Notes: generated by a model from the sequence alone, not told the origin. A DNA stretch of 64,000 bases from Candidatus Thorarchaeota archaeon (GCA_048882045.1 JBHLRZ010000001.1:32001-96000), one strand, 5' to 3'. Counted from the stretch's first letter, positions 37,588-47,803 are shown. A program made the numbers and translations.

Positions 37588-39108
37588 ATGTCTAGTCGAT
37601 TCCTAAAAGCATTATCACCATTCGTACGGATAATGCCGGAGGTTAAAGCCCCAGACAGAGAGGTTTCTTTTCGTGAGAAGTTTGTCTGGACCGCTTTGAT
37701 ACTGATAATATTCCTAATCATGTCACACATGCCTCTCTACGGTGTTGACAAGAACGTAGGAACTGACTACCTTTGGGCAATGCGAGTCATACTTGCCAGT
37801 ACTCGCGGAACACTAATGGAGCTAGGTATAGGACCAATAGTCACTGCAGGTCTGGTCATGCAGCTTCTATCAGGATCGAAGATTATCGATGTAGACTTTG
37901 GAGACCCAGAAGACAGAGCCCTCTTTACTGGAGGTCAGAAGGTCATTGCAATGTTCATGACTGCCTTTCAGGCAATCGCATACATCCTTGGTAATGCGTA
38001 TGGAGAGCTTGATCCTACTAGTGCACTCATCGTTTTCTTACAGCTGTTCATGTCAGGGATTATTGTCATTCTGATGGACGAATTGGTGCAGAAAGGCTGG
38101 GGTCTTGGATCAGGTGTGTCATTGTTCATCATGACAAATGTCGCAGGTCAAGTTCTGTACAACTCATTGAACTTCATCGACGTTGAGTCTGCTTCACCCA
38201 TTGGTTATATGGGTGGAACAGAAGCCAATCCAGTACCCACTAACCTGCCAAAAGGGATCATATCAGCTATGGTGAGCAACCTTCTCAGATTCTTCGGAAT
38301 TGGTATAAGTCAAGGACTTACTGTTGATGCGGGTTGGTTCGTCGTACGAAATGGGTATGACCCGAGTCTGCTCTCGTTGACAGTAACATTTGCCATCTTC
38401 TTTGCAGTCATCTGGATGGAGTCTGTAAGAGTCGAGATTCCGTTACAGTATGCAAAATACCGAGGCATGAAAGCTAGATACCCAATCAAACTCCTTTACA
38501 CCTCGAACATTCCAGTCATTCTTGCTCAGGCACTCTATGCCAACATACTCTTCTTTGGACAGATCCTGTGGGGTTCTCTGAATCCTGAGGGGACTAACCC
38601 ATTCCTGAGTTGGATAGGCACATTCGAACGGGCAGATGACGGAAGAATGGTAGCAATATCAGGACTGGCCAAATATATCACACCCCCACAAGGCGTCTTT
38701 CGACTCATAGACGAAGGTATGGAAGGCTGGCTCCATATTATCATCTACTCCGCACTCATGATACTACTGTGTTGGGGCTTCTCGAAGATCTGGGTGGACA
38801 TTTCAGGCATCGCGCCGCGAGATGTTTCCCGACAACTTCTCAATTCAGGATATATTGTCCCTGGATTCAGAACCAGTGAGAAGGTCCTCGAGAGACTACT
38901 GGAAAGATACATTCCAATCGTTGCAGGTCTTGGTGGGCTCCTGATAGGCATACTAGCTGCAACTGCTGACGTCATGGGAGCCTTGGCAAGTGGAACAGGG
39001 ATATTGCTCATGGTATCAATCATAAAGCAATATTATGAACAGATAGCCAAGGAGCAACTTGCTGGAATGGGCGGCGAAGGTGCAGCAGGGCTACTCGGTA
39101 TACTATGA
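37588..39108 (+). CDS. secY: preprotein translocase subunit SecY (Sec61alpha)
   Basis: GTLMELGIGPIVTAG, KGWGLGSGVSLFI, YPIKLLYTSNIP and GTGILL. Confidence 0.97.
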   Translation: MSSRFLKALSPFVRIMPEVKAPDREVSFREKFVWTALILIIFLIMSHMPLYGVDKNVGTDYLWAMRVILASTRGTLMELGIGPIVTAGLVMQLLSGSKIIDVDFGDPEDRALFTGGQKVIAMFMTAFQAIAYILGNAYGELDPTSALIVFLQLFMSGIIVILMDELVQKGWGLGSGVSLFIMTNVAGQVLYNSLNFIDVESASPIGYMGGTEANPVPTNLPKGIISAMVSNLLRFFGIGISQGLTVDAGWFVVRNGYDPSLLSLTVTFAIFFAVIWMESVRVEIPLQYAKYRGMKARYPIKLLYTSNIPVILAQALYANILFFGQILWGSLNPEGTNPFLSWIGTFERADDGRMVAISGLAKYITPPQGVFRLIDEGMEGWLHIIIYSALMILLCWGFSKIWVDISGIAPRDVSRQLLNSGYIVPGFRTSEKVLERLLERYIPIVAGLGGLLIGILAATADVMGALASGTGILLMVSIIKQYYEQIAKEQLAGMGGEGAAGLLGIL

Positions 39109-39121
39109 CATTGAGATTGAT

Positions 39122-39157
39122 CCAAGGGGAGAGTTGGTTCTTCCCTTGGTTTCTTTT
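39122..39157 (+). terminator. putative hairpin/U-tract terminator after secY
   Basis: CCAAGGGGAGA...TCTTCCCTTGG followed by TTTCTTTT. Confidence 0.55.
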
Positions 39158-39232
39158 GATTGCTAATGAGCAGACTTTATAACTGGTACATTTAACCAGC
39201 GCCTAATCTTCGAAGGTCGGTGTATGGACCCT

Positions 39233-39823
39233 ATGGCAGAATCCAGAAATGTTGTAATCGTGACTGGCATTCCAGGTGTTGGAAAAACTACCGTGATCAA
39301 TACTGCCGTTGAACAGGTCAAAGAGAAGCATGGCGAGGATATCCTCATGCTCAATATTGGAACAGAAATGTTTGAGGTCGCAGTGAAGGAAGGCTATGTC
39401 AAAGACAGAGATGAACTACGCAAGCTACCAACAGCGATACAGAGAGAGGTTCAAAGACAAGCGGGAATTGTCATCGCAGAGAAAGCCAAATCAGCAAGGG
39501 CGATTGTTGACACCCACACCCTCATTCAGACCAACAATGGGTTCCTGATAGGACTACCTGAATGGGTGGTTACTGCGATCAAACCAAAGACTGTCGTTCT
39601 TGTTGAAGCGGACTCTGAGAAGATTGCTAGTCGCAGGAGTGGAGATGAAACCAGAACACGTGACGCACAAGCAATCACTGATATTCAGATTCATCAAGAA
39701 ATGTGCAGGGCTGCAGCAGTAGCAGTAGGGACTATTACTGGTGCGACCGTCAGAATAATCAAGAACCGTGAGGGACTTGTAGAGGAAGCAGCCTCTGAAC
39801 TTGCGGAAACCCTAATGGAGTAG
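39233..39823 (+). CDS. adkA: archaeal adenylate kinase
   Basis: GIPGVGKTT, RDELRKL, VDTH and GLPEWV. Confidence 0.94.
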   Translation: MAESRNVVIVTGIPGVGKTTVINTAVEQVKEKHGEDILMLNIGTEMFEVAVKEGYVKDRDELRKLPTAIQREVQRQAGIVIAEKAKSARAIVDTHTLIQTNNGFLIGLPEWVVTAIKPKTVVLVEADSEKIASRRSGDETRTRDAQAITDIQIHQEMCRAAAVAVGTITGATVRIIKNREGLVEEAASELAETLME

Positions 39824-39829
39824 AAAGAA

Positions 39830-40387
39830 ATGCAGGATATTTTTGGCGATATTTTAGGCTGGTTTACCTTGGTCTTTAAAGACCCACCAATGGCGGGTAT
39901 CTTCATTCTTTTCATATCCATGAGTATATCCACGATAAGCAATCTCGCAATGAGGCGCTTCACTGATATGAGACGGCTTAACAAGCAACAGGCTGAAATC
40001 AAGAGATATCGAGAATTGGAACAAGAGGCAAAGAAGACACAGAACGAGAAACTCCTAAAGAAGCTCAAGAAACGCAAAGCCTACATCGATCGCATTCAGC
40101 GGGAACAAATGACAGCACGGTGTAAACCATCACTGATATTCTTCATTCCGTTCATTTTCATATTCTCATTTCTTAGAGGATTCTATAACACAGGTGGTGT
40201 AGATGATTTGGTTGTTGTTCTTCCTTTCAACATCCAGAAAGTCCTCCCATTCCTAGTAGGGATGCTCGGTGCTCCTACTGGCGCTGGATTTGGACTGAGT
40301 TTCTATGGATTCTACTTCCTTGTGGGACTCGGAATGTCAAGTATACTTCAGCGTATCATGGGAACTCAGGTTCTTACAAACCCATAG
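39830..40387 (+). CDS. DUF106 / EMC3-TMCO1-Get1 (Oxa1 superfamily) membrane insertase
   Basis: TM-coiled coil-TM-TM layout, KPSL and FYFL motifs, canonical position after adk. Confidence 0.85.
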   Translation: MQDIFGDILGWFTLVFKDPPMAGIFILFISMSISTISNLAMRRFTDMRRLNKQQAEIKRYRELEQEAKKTQNEKLLKKLKKRKAYIDRIQREQMTARCKPSLIFFIPFIFIFSFLRGFYNTGGVDDLVVVLPFNIQKVLPFLVGMLGAPTGAGFGLSFYGFYFLVGLGMSSILQRIMGTQVLTNP

Positions 40388-40500
40388 CGCCAATCTGATA
40401 TCAGGTCTGACTAGTTTTTTGCAAAACTAGTAGGTTCTATCAGCAATAAGAAGAAACAGCCAGACATATTCAAGGAATCTGAAATGTTTCTGAGCAATAA

Positions 40501-40755
40501 ATGATATTGAAAGTACTGAGTCCTCTGGAAGAATTTGCACGCCTGATTGGAGGACACTTGGAAGAAATTTGGGGATTTCTTATATTCATTGGAGGAGCCT
40601 CGGCTTTCATTGTGATTCTAGTAGGAGCAATCCTCATGTTTGTAGGTGTGAAAGTAGGAAAGATCACTGGACAAGGTCTCATCCTAGGTGGAATCATACT
40701 CGCAATCATCATTGCATACTTCACGATGTATCCACCAGATTTCACTTCAGGATGA
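40501..40755 (+). CDS. small membrane protein (2 TM)
   Basis: Two long hydrophobic segments in 84 aa. Confidence 0.6.
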   Translation: MILKVLSPLEEFARLIGGHLEEIWGFLIFIGGASAFIVILVGAILMFVGVKVGKITGQGLILGGIILAIIIAYFTMYPPDFTSG

Positions 40756-40829
40756 GAAATTCCAAGCGACACCGCTTTGCTTAAAAGGAAAGTCTAGACG
40801 GTCCCCAGAGAGAAGACAGGTGTCATAAA

Positions 40830-41093
40830 ATGCGACCAGGTAGGCTTACTCGAGGACGAGCAAACCGCACTGTGAGGACTCCAGGTGGCAGGAGAGTCAT
40901 TCACAGGCAAAAGTTCTACAAGTCAGGAGGAGCCTGTGCGATCACAGGTTCAAAGTTGCATCTATCCCGAGATACCAAGCATGGTCGTAGGCGAAGTGCA
41001 AGTCGTTCAGCAAAGAGACCAAACCGACCATATGGGGGAATGGTTTCAGCCAAGGCTCTGCGTCGAGGTATCATAAAAGCTGCACGAGAGTAA
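40830..41093 (+). CDS. rpl34e: 50S ribosomal protein L34e
   Basis: VRTPGGR..H and KRPNRPYGG; position before cmk. Confidence 0.9.
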   Translation: MRPGRLTRGRANRTVRTPGGRRVIHRQKFYKSGGACAITGSKLHLSRDTKHGRRRSASRSAKRPNRPYGGMVSAKALRRGIIKAARE

Positions 41094-41097
41094 TAAT

Positions 41098-41634
41098 ATG
41101 AAACGCGTCGTCACCGTTGGTGGTCTTCACGGTACTGGCAAGAGTTCAGTGGCAGACGCGATTTCCAAAAAATTTGACTTGAGGCGAATGTCCGCAGGTG
41201 TGGTCTTCCGTCAACTTGCGAAGGACAGAAACCTCACCCTCGAGGAATTCAGTAGAGTTGCCGAAGGTAACGAAGACATCGACAGACTAATCGATGACAA
41301 GCTTCGTGAAGAAGCAGAGAAAGGAAATGCTGTTATTGACGGTCAACTAGCAGCATGGATGGCTGGGGACAATGCAGACCTGAAGATCCTATTGATCGCA
41401 TCAACAGAAAACAGAATTCGAAGGATTTCAGAGAGGGATGAGACTGATTTTGAATATGCTCGACGGGAAACCATTACTCGGGAGGGAAGCGAGAAGGCAA
41501 GATACCTGGAGTATTATGGTGTAGATATTTCGGACCATTCAATCTATGACCTAATCATTAACACTGACAAATATGATCTTGAAGATGTCATAGCCATTGT
41601 TTTTACAGCTATTGAACATTGCTTTGGAAAATGA
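41098..41634 (+). CDS. cmk: cytidylate kinase (archaeal)
   Basis: GGLHGTGKS, SAGVVFRQLA, IDRLID and YDLIINT. Confidence 0.93.
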   Translation: MKRVVTVGGLHGTGKSSVADAISKKFDLRRMSAGVVFRQLAKDRNLTLEEFSRVAEGNEDIDRLIDDKLREEAEKGNAVIDGQLAAWMAGDNADLKILLIASTENRIRRISERDETDFEYARRETITREGSEKARYLEYYGVDISDHSIYDLIINTDKYDLEDVIAIVFTAIEHCFGK

Positions 41635-41763
41635 CCAGTAAATAGTAACAAGCGTAAGGCTCTTATTGCCATCACGAATCCGCTCGACTATTCTCCCAGT
41701 CTAAGGGATGATGCTGCGAGGTGACTCGGATGCAGACCAACGACAAGGCGAGGTGTATTGAAG

Positions 41764-42045
41764 ATGAGTCTCTACGAAACTGGAAGAGTATGTGTAAAGA
41801 CTATGGGGCGAGAGGCCGGTAGTCTTTGTGTAGTTATAGAAAAGAAAGACGAGTCCTATGTAGTGGTGACTGGACCTAAGCATCTGAGCGGAATAAGGAG
41901 GCGAAACTGCAATATCAGACATTTGGAGCCGCTTGAAACCATACTCACAATTACTGCTGATGCAGACGATAATGCAGTCGAAAAGGCTATTGAAGAGGCT
42001 GGATTGACTGATAAATTCAAAACCAAGATTCGTCTTCAGATATAG
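41764..42045 (+). CDS. rpl14e: 50S ribosomal protein L14e
   Basis: GRVCVKTMGREAG..TGPK..GIRRRNCNIRHLEP. Confidence 0.95.
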   Translation: MSLYETGRVCVKTMGREAGSLCVVIEKKDESYVVVTGPKHLSGIRRRNCNIRHLEPLETILTITADADDNAVEKAIEEAGLTDKFKTKIRLQI

Positions 42046-42074
42046 AATGATTTGTCATCAGGAGGGTAGATTCG

Positions 42075-43091
42075 TTGACGGGCATATTGCCTGCAGATAG
42101 GCCCCGTGAACTGATTCTGAAATCATCTGAAACCACCAATCCAGAGTATGGATTTTCATCATTAGAAAACTTACCAATAGAGTATTTACTTGAGAATGGA
42201 GTCATTGCTCTAGACAAACCATCTGGTCCTACAAGCCATGAGGTCGCTACATGGGTGAGAAAAATCCTAGAGGTTGACCGTGTGGGTCATGGTGGAACTC
42301 TCGATCCTGGTGTCACTGGTATACTGCCAACTGGAGTAGGAAATGCAACCAAGGCTATGCAGGCTTTGCTTCCTGCTGGAAAAGAGTATGTTTGTGTGTT
42401 GGAACTCCATCACAATACTCCAGAGGATGAAATTCGAAGAGTAATCGGAGAATTTGTAGGTAGGCTCTACCAGAAACCACCCTTGCGGTCTTCTGTGAAG
42501 AGAGTGCTCAGGGTTCGTGAAATATACTACAATGAAATTCTCGAAATCAAGGGTCGTCTGGCACTATTTCGTGTAGGATGTCAGGCTGGTACCTACATTC
42601 GAAAGCTATGTTTTGACATTGGGGAGGCTCTAGGAGTGGGAGGACACATGCGAGAACTGCGAAGGACTCGGGTGGGATCTTTTAGAGAAGATGAGCACAT
42701 GTGCTCACTCTATGACCTGAAAGATGCTTTCATGTTCTGGAAGGAAAACGGAGATGAAACTGAACTCAGGAAGTACTTGCTCCCAATCGAATTTGGACTT
42801 GGGCATCTTCCTGTGATAAATATCCGTGATTCTGCAGTGGATGCAATTTGTCATGGAGCTGACCTAGCGGCTAGTGGCGTTGTCAGTTTGAGTAGTAATA
42901 TGAGGAAGGGAGACATAGTCGTTCTAAAGACCTTGAAGGGGGAGGCTGTTGCTGTTGCTAAATGCAGTGATACTAGTGACAGAATAGCCAAGGCAAAGAG
43001 CGGGATTGTTGCCAAGAGTGAACGAGTCCTAATGGAGCGAGGTCGCTATCCTTCACTCTGGAAGAAGAAGACCCAGGACGAATCGTCTTAG
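42075..43091 (+). CDS. cbf5: H/ACA RNA-guided pseudouridine synthase Cbf5
   Basis: DKPSGPTSHEV, GHGGTLDP, QKPP, GTYIRKLC, ELRRTR and a PUA domain. Confidence 0.96.
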   Translation: MTGILPADRPRELILKSSETTNPEYGFSSLENLPIEYLLENGVIALDKPSGPTSHEVATWVRKILEVDRVGHGGTLDPGVTGILPTGVGNATKAMQALLPAGKEYVCVLELHHNTPEDEIRRVIGEFVGRLYQKPPLRSSVKRVLRVREIYYNEILEIKGRLALFRVGCQAGTYIRKLCFDIGEALGVGGHMRELRRTRVGSFREDEHMCSLYDLKDAFMFWKENGDETELRKYLLPIEFGLGHLPVINIRDSAVDAICHGADLAASGVVSLSSNMRKGDIVVLKTLKGEAVAVAKCSDTSDRIAKAKSGIVAKSERVLMERGRYPSLWKKKTQDESS

Positions 43092-43136
43092 AGTATCATT
43101 CAACCATCTTTTTATTCAGAAATGTGTAGAAGTGAA

Positions 43137-43489
43137 TGGCTCTGGAGCAGAAGCGCGACTGACGGTACTCGCTCTTCGGAGCGAGAGCTGAGGAAACTCC
43201 CGACTGCGTGTCGACACCAGTCCTACTGAAGTAGGGAGGCGAGAGCCTCGCTCTGGGAACAGAAACGACACCCCCAAGCTGGATATGACAATGATACAGA
43301 GATTCAATCTGTTGAGGATCAGTTTGGAACGGTTGAAACGGCCTATCACTGGGCAGCAATCTCAAGAGTAGGCTTGCGATGAGTCGACCTGAAGCCTAGG
43401 GTAGAGAGCATAGTTTGATGTTGCAAGACTCCAGATAGGTAACATTCTGGAGTGGAACAGAATTGGGGTTACTCTCTGGACCAGAGCCA
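43137..43489 (+). ncRNA. rnpB: ribonuclease P RNA
   Basis: Terminal helix TGGCTCTGG/CCAGAGCCA, CR-I GAGGAAACTCC, ACAGAAA, TGAAAC and CR-V AACAGAATTGGGGTTA. Confidence 0.92.
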
Positions 43490-43499
43490 CCCCACCCTT

Positions 43500-44042
43500 T
43501 CATTCTCGCGTATGCTCTTGCATTATCTCCCCTTGAACCGCGACTACTTCACCGCTGGTCTTGCACTCTGCATACGCATCAAGCCACTCTCGATTGAGAG
43601 TGATGAATGAATCCCCCCATTTGAAGACAGACAAGATATCAAATGCTTCTTCGGTCAGTCCGAGAATGTAGAAACCTGCAGCAAGCGCTTCTGCAGTGGA
43701 GAGCTTTATTGGAATGTAAGTGTTGATTGGATTTGCGGCAAGAAGGTATGGGAGAGACCTCTGAGCACCTGCTCTTGAGGCAATGAATATCTTTTCAGCC
43801 TGTTTCCATGAACAGTCAAGTGCGACGAGACCAGACTTCAAGACAGAGTCCTTGTCAGCTGGTGAAAATGCGATTTCGGAAACAGGATTGAGAACCACTG
43901 CTCCTCGAGGGATGTGACGCATATTTTGAACTATCTGGGCTTTTCTCATCTTACCCAGTCGCGTACCTGTGCATTTCTTTGGATCACACTGATTTGCGTG
44001 ATAGACAATGACTTGAGGTTTCTGGGTCAAGATATAATCCAC
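43500..44042 (-). CDS. tsr3: 16S rRNA aminocarboxypropyltransferase Tsr3
   Basis: QCDPKKCTG, LDCSW, RSLPYLLAANP, KLSTAEALAA and FKWG. Confidence 0.95.
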   Translation of the reverse strand: MDYILTQKPQVIVYHANQCDPKKCTGTRLGKMRKAQIVQNMRHIPRGAVVLNPVSEIAFSPADKDSVLKSGLVALDCSWKQAEKIFIASRAGAQRSLPYLLAANPINTYIPIKLSTAEALAAGFYILGLTEEAFDILSVFKWGDSFITLNREWLDAYAECKTSGEVVAVQGEIMQEHTRE

Positions 44043-44110
44043 CGATATGTGAAGTCGAAGAGCAAAGGATTTCTGTGTTGTCCTACGCCCTCAAGTAGAG
44101 GAACTTCATC

Positions 44111-44380
44111 ATGCTCTATAAACCTGGTAACTCTTGTGAGATCTGCAACCAAGACGGACCATTCAGCTCATGTCAGATGTGTGGAGCAATTGTCTGTGAT
44201 TCTTGCAAGGTTGAAGGAGATAACATCTGCATCAGCTGCGAAGAAGCAAGATGTCAGGTCTGTAATGAGTATCTGGCTTCAAGGGCATGCAACAGCTGCG
44301 GTATGCTAGTGTGCGAAGACCACGGAACAAAGGTCAACGAAGCAACGTTTTGCGAGAAATGTCGGAAGAGTGACGAATGA
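44111..44380 (+). CDS. small multi-zinc-finger protein
   Basis: Repeated CxxC..CxxCG..VC units; overlaps the tiaS start by 4 nt. Confidence 0.7.
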   Translation: MLYKPGNSCEICNQDGPFSSCQMCGAIVCDSCKVEGDNICISCEEARCQVCNEYLASRACNSCGMLVCEDHGTKVNEATFCEKCRKSDE

Positions 44381-45708
44381 ATAGGAAACTTGTGCAAATT
44401 GGGATGGATGACATCGATAGTCCAGAGGGACGATGTACAACACACTTTGCTACTATCCTAGTTGAGAAAATTGATAGTCTAGATGTAGAGTGGATTGACT
44501 ACCCAAACCTCATTCGTCTGAACCCAGGAATTCCCTACAGAACCAGAGGAAATGGAGCAGTTGCCCTGAGATTTCTATCTCAAGAAACAGACTCAATTCT
44601 ACCAATGGTTCAAAACCTTGTTGAAGAGTATGTAGAAGTCGGATATCCAAATACGAATCCTGGTGTTGTTATCCTAGAAGGCGATATCCCGAAAGGTGTA
44701 GATGACCTCTCCAGCCAGGCACTTTGGAGAGTTGTGCCAATCAGACTTGCTCAGAGAGTCATTGAGGATTATAATATCCCTCATTTCTCATTCGGAAATG
44801 GGAGGGGACTCATTGGTTCTCTTGCCGCTGTAGCGAACACACTGGAGAACGATCACACCTACGAATTCATTGCCTATCGTTCACTCGAAGACTGCAAAGG
44901 CAAACGTGGAGTTGACGCCAATTCAGTACGTTCAATGGACAAAGAAATGGGAGATTGTGTCTTCTCAAACATCGATGAGTCGGCAAATAGGACAATGATC
45001 GAACCACATGGTCCCGACCCAGTTCTTTTTGGCGTACGTGGAGAAACTGCTGATTGTGTCATCCGAGGAGGCAAGCAGATAAAGAGCGAACAAAGTGTTG
45101 ACAGATGGATGGTGTTCAGATCAAATCAAGGAACAGCTGAACACCTGAAGTATAGTGTTGAAATCAAAAACCTTAGGCCGTACATGGCTGTTGTCGTGGA
45201 TGGATTTGTGAAAAACAAGCCAAAAATGGTTGAGGGAGGACACTCACTGTTCATTATTGCAGATGACAGCGGCCAGGTTGATTGTGCGACTTATGAACCG
45301 ACAGGTGAGTTTCGAGAGGTTATTATGAGGCTGATTCCCGGTGACAAGATTCGTGTACATGCGGGAGTTAGACCACCTTCAAGAACTCACGGTCTCACAT
45401 TGAATGTTGAGGGGCTAGATGTTGTCGAACTCGCTCCAGTAATCGAGTTTTCCAATCCATTGTGTCCAAAGTGTGGTAAGAGAATGAAGAGTGCAGGACG
45501 TGGAAAGGGACACAAATGTGCAAAATGTGGGCACAAAGACTCAGAAAGTATGAAGACAGAAACTAGAGTTACAAGGGACCTGCACGAAGGACTCTTCTTA
45601 CCGCCAACTAGAGCTCAACGACATCTAACAAGGCCGTATTCACGATTTAATAAAAGGAACAGGAATCGACCAAAGCAATTGATACCTGACTGGCATTCCA
45701 ACTCATAG
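44377..45708 (+). CDS. tiaS: tRNA(Ile2) agmatinylcytidine synthase
   Basis: IGMDDID..CTTH, RLNPGIPYRTRGNGA, PHGPDPVLFGVRG, YEPTG and Zn ribbon. Confidence 0.96.
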   Translation: MNRKLVQIGMDDIDSPEGRCTTHFATILVEKIDSLDVEWIDYPNLIRLNPGIPYRTRGNGAVALRFLSQETDSILPMVQNLVEEYVEVGYPNTNPGVVILEGDIPKGVDDLSSQALWRVVPIRLAQRVIEDYNIPHFSFGNGRGLIGSLAAVANTLENDHTYEFIAYRSLEDCKGKRGVDANSVRSMDKEMGDCVFSNIDESANRTMIEPHGPDPVLFGVRGETADCVIRGGKQIKSEQSVDRWMVFRSNQGTAEHLKYSVEIKNLRPYMAVVVDGFVKNKPKMVEGGHSLFIIADDSGQVDCATYEPTGEFREVIMRLIPGDKIRVHAGVRPPSRTHGLTLNVEGLDVVELAPVIEFSNPLCPKCGKRMKSAGRGKGHKCAKCGHKDSESMKTETRVTRDLHEGLFLPPTRAQRHLTRPYSRFNKRNRNRPKQLIPDWHSNS

Positions 45709-45736
45709 AGAAAGGTTTGCACAAAATCGGATATCT

Positions 45737-46135
45737 CTAGACTCTTCGGCCTCTTCTACCACCAGGCTTTCTTGTTCCATCGTGTGGCATCGGAGTTACT
45801 TCATCGATAATACCGATTCTAAGACCAGCTCTGCTGAGTGCACGGATTGCAGCTTGCGCACCTGGACCAGGTGTCTTAGGTCCATGACCACCAGGAGCTC
45901 GTACTCTGATATGAATTCCATAAATGCCCTTATCCTTAGCTTCACGAGCTGCTTGAAAAGCGGCCTGCATAGCAGCATGTGGAGATGACTCATTTCTGTC
46001 AGCCTTCACCATCATTCCACCAGAATATCGTGCAAGGGTCTCTGCCCCAGTGATATCAGTAATCATTATGATGGTGTCATTGTAAGAAGCAAATATGTGG
46101 GCTATTCCCCATTTGTCGCGATCGTCTTTACTCAT
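45737..46135 (-). CDS. rps11: 30S ribosomal protein S11 (uS11)
   Basis: [29 protein letters not shown] and GGRRGRRV. Confidence 0.97.
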   Translation of the reverse strand: MSKDDRDKWGIAHIFASYNDTIIMITDITGAETLARYSGGMMVKADRNESSPHAAMQAAFQAAREAKDKGIYGIHIRVRAPGGHGPKTPGPGAQAAIRALSRAGLRIGIIDEVTPMPHDGTRKPGGRRGRRV

Positions 46136-46775
46136 GTTCGTCATCTCCTTCCGAATCAAGATCGTCATTAGTTACAGGTTCAGCCTCTGAAGGTCTTCCA
46201 CGCTCAACCGCATCAACCTCTTCAAAAGCTGCAGCTGATGCTCGAGTTGCTGCGTCGGATGCAGCAATCCTTGCTGGATGTGACTTGTCATTCAACGGAG
46301 ACTTTGCAGTGTATCGAAGACGTTCCTCCTCAGACACTGTTATGAGTCGTTGGGGTGTGTTTACCCTAGCGGCATCAAGCGCAATGTGTCCATGGGTGAC
46401 TAACTGGCGAGCATGATGCATGGAACTTGCTAGTCCCTTTCTGAACACAATCGTCTGTAGACGTCTTTCAAGTAAGTTTTCAAGTGTAAGGTCCAGAACG
46501 TGGTCAAGTGTTGGTTCCGTTGTCAGGATTCCAATGCGGGTCAACTTTGTGACAAGCTCACGTTCCTGTAGTTCTCTCTCGGATGGAGGAAGTGCAAGCA
46601 TATGACGCGCATTCCGGCGATAGTTGGAGAGGTCAGTCTTGTGTTTCCAGAGTTCTTTCTTGTTTCTTAAACCATAAGCACCGATGAGTTGAAGCTCCTG
46701 CTCAAATCTATCACTGTCGAAGGGTTTCTTCGGAGCTACGTACTTTTTCTTTTGCTTGCGTGGATCACCCATCAT
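46128..46775 (-). CDS. rps4: 30S ribosomal protein S4 (uS4)
   Basis: [21 protein letters not shown] and [10 protein letters not shown]. Confidence 0.97.
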   Translation of the reverse strand: MMGDPRKQKKKYVAPKKPFDSDRFEQELQLIGAYGLRNKKELWKHKTDLSNYRRNARHMLALPPSERELQERELVTKLTRIGILTTEPTLDHVLDLTLENLLERRLQTIVFRKGLASSMHHARQLVTHGHIALDAARVNTPQRLITVSEEERLRYTAKSPLNDKSHPARIAASDAATRASAAAFEEVDAVERGRPSEAEPVTNDDLDSEGDDEHE

Positions 46776-46787
46776 TCATTCCCTCGA

Positions 46788-47237
46788 CTATACTTTCTTC
46801 CTCGACACACCAACAGCCATTCCGCCACGACCGGTTGTTCGGGTATGCTGACCTCTGACTCGAAGGCCTAATGAATGCCTGACACCTCTCCAAGACTTGA
46901 TTCTTCGAAGTCTGTCAATATCATTCCTATGAGCGAAATCTAAGTCGGACGCAATCAGATGCAACATCCTTCCGCTCATTCTATCTCGAGGACGATTTAC
47001 ATACCAGTCAGGAAAGTTAGCTGCTACAGGATCTTTAATGACCTTCTCAATCTTCTTTATCTCTGCATCAGTCAAGTAACCGAGCCTCTTTGAAGAATCA
47101 ATCTCTGTTTGTGTGATAATGGCTCGTGACAATCTTAAGCCTACACCCTTGATGCGTGTGAGCCCTTGGAGCAAGTTCTCTTGTCCATCTATGTCACTTC
47201 CACCTATACGGACGATATGTTTGTAATCTTCGGACAT
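46788..47237 (-). CDS. rps13: 30S ribosomal protein S13 (uS13)
   Basis: IKGVG, NRPRD and RGVRHSLGLRVRGQHTRTTGR. Confidence 0.97.
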   Translation of the reverse strand: MSEDYKHIVRIGGSDIDGQENLLQGLTRIKGVGLRLSRAIITQTEIDSSKRLGYLTDAEIKKIEKVIKDPVAANFPDWYVNRPRDRMSGRMLHLIASDLDFAHRNDIDRLRRIKSWRGVRHSLGLRVRGQHTRTTGRGGMAVGVSRKKV

Positions 47238-47407
47238 GGTATATGACCTCATCTGACTGGTCTGAGGCTTGTTCGCGTCTTGGAATTGGCTTATAATAGT
47301 TGCCATCAAGCCGCGTAATCTACAGCCCTAGACACGGTCAGGGGGAGTTCTTATGCAAAGAGTAGGCATACGATAGCAGAAAGTGGACCTTACGTGGGGC
47401 AGATGCT

Positions 47408-47803
47408 ATGGGAAACAAGCTACAATTAGAGCCAGAAGCTACACCTTCAGTACTTTCCAATATCCCAAACACATTACAATCATTCCTCATGAATTCAATC
47501 AGGAAAAAGACTCGTGAAAGAAAGACGGTTCTGGTGGCAAGTAATAGTCTGGCAAATCGGTTCATCTTGGAGCAGTGGGGAATAAGAGCATCTCAGAGGA
47601 GGAGATACAAGAACCTCTTTGCATCAGTGCGTCAACGATGCAGAGCAATGTTCCATAACTATCTCGCCCGTGGGAAAACAGAATGGGTTTCTGAAAGCAA
47701 TAGGATAATCTTTGGTGTGTACAAGTTCGATGAGATAAGAGGGAATCTCATCTTGGCATTCGTGAAAGTTACATCTGAAACTGAGTGGTCATTGCCAAGA
47801 TGA
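47408..47803 (+). CDS. basic hypothetical protein
   Basis: 131-aa ORF filling the gap between rps13 and the GTPase gene. Confidence 0.6.
   Translation: MGNKLQLEPEATPSVLSNIPNTLQSFLMNSIRKKTRERKTVLVASNSLANRFILEQWGIRASQRRRYKNLFASVRQRCRAMFHNYLARGKTEWVSESNRIIFGVYKFDEIRGNLILAFVKVTSETEWSLPR

Noticed and set aside
43096-43365. Minus-strand ORFs of 77-89 aa
   Set aside because: Antisense to the RNase P RNA gene.
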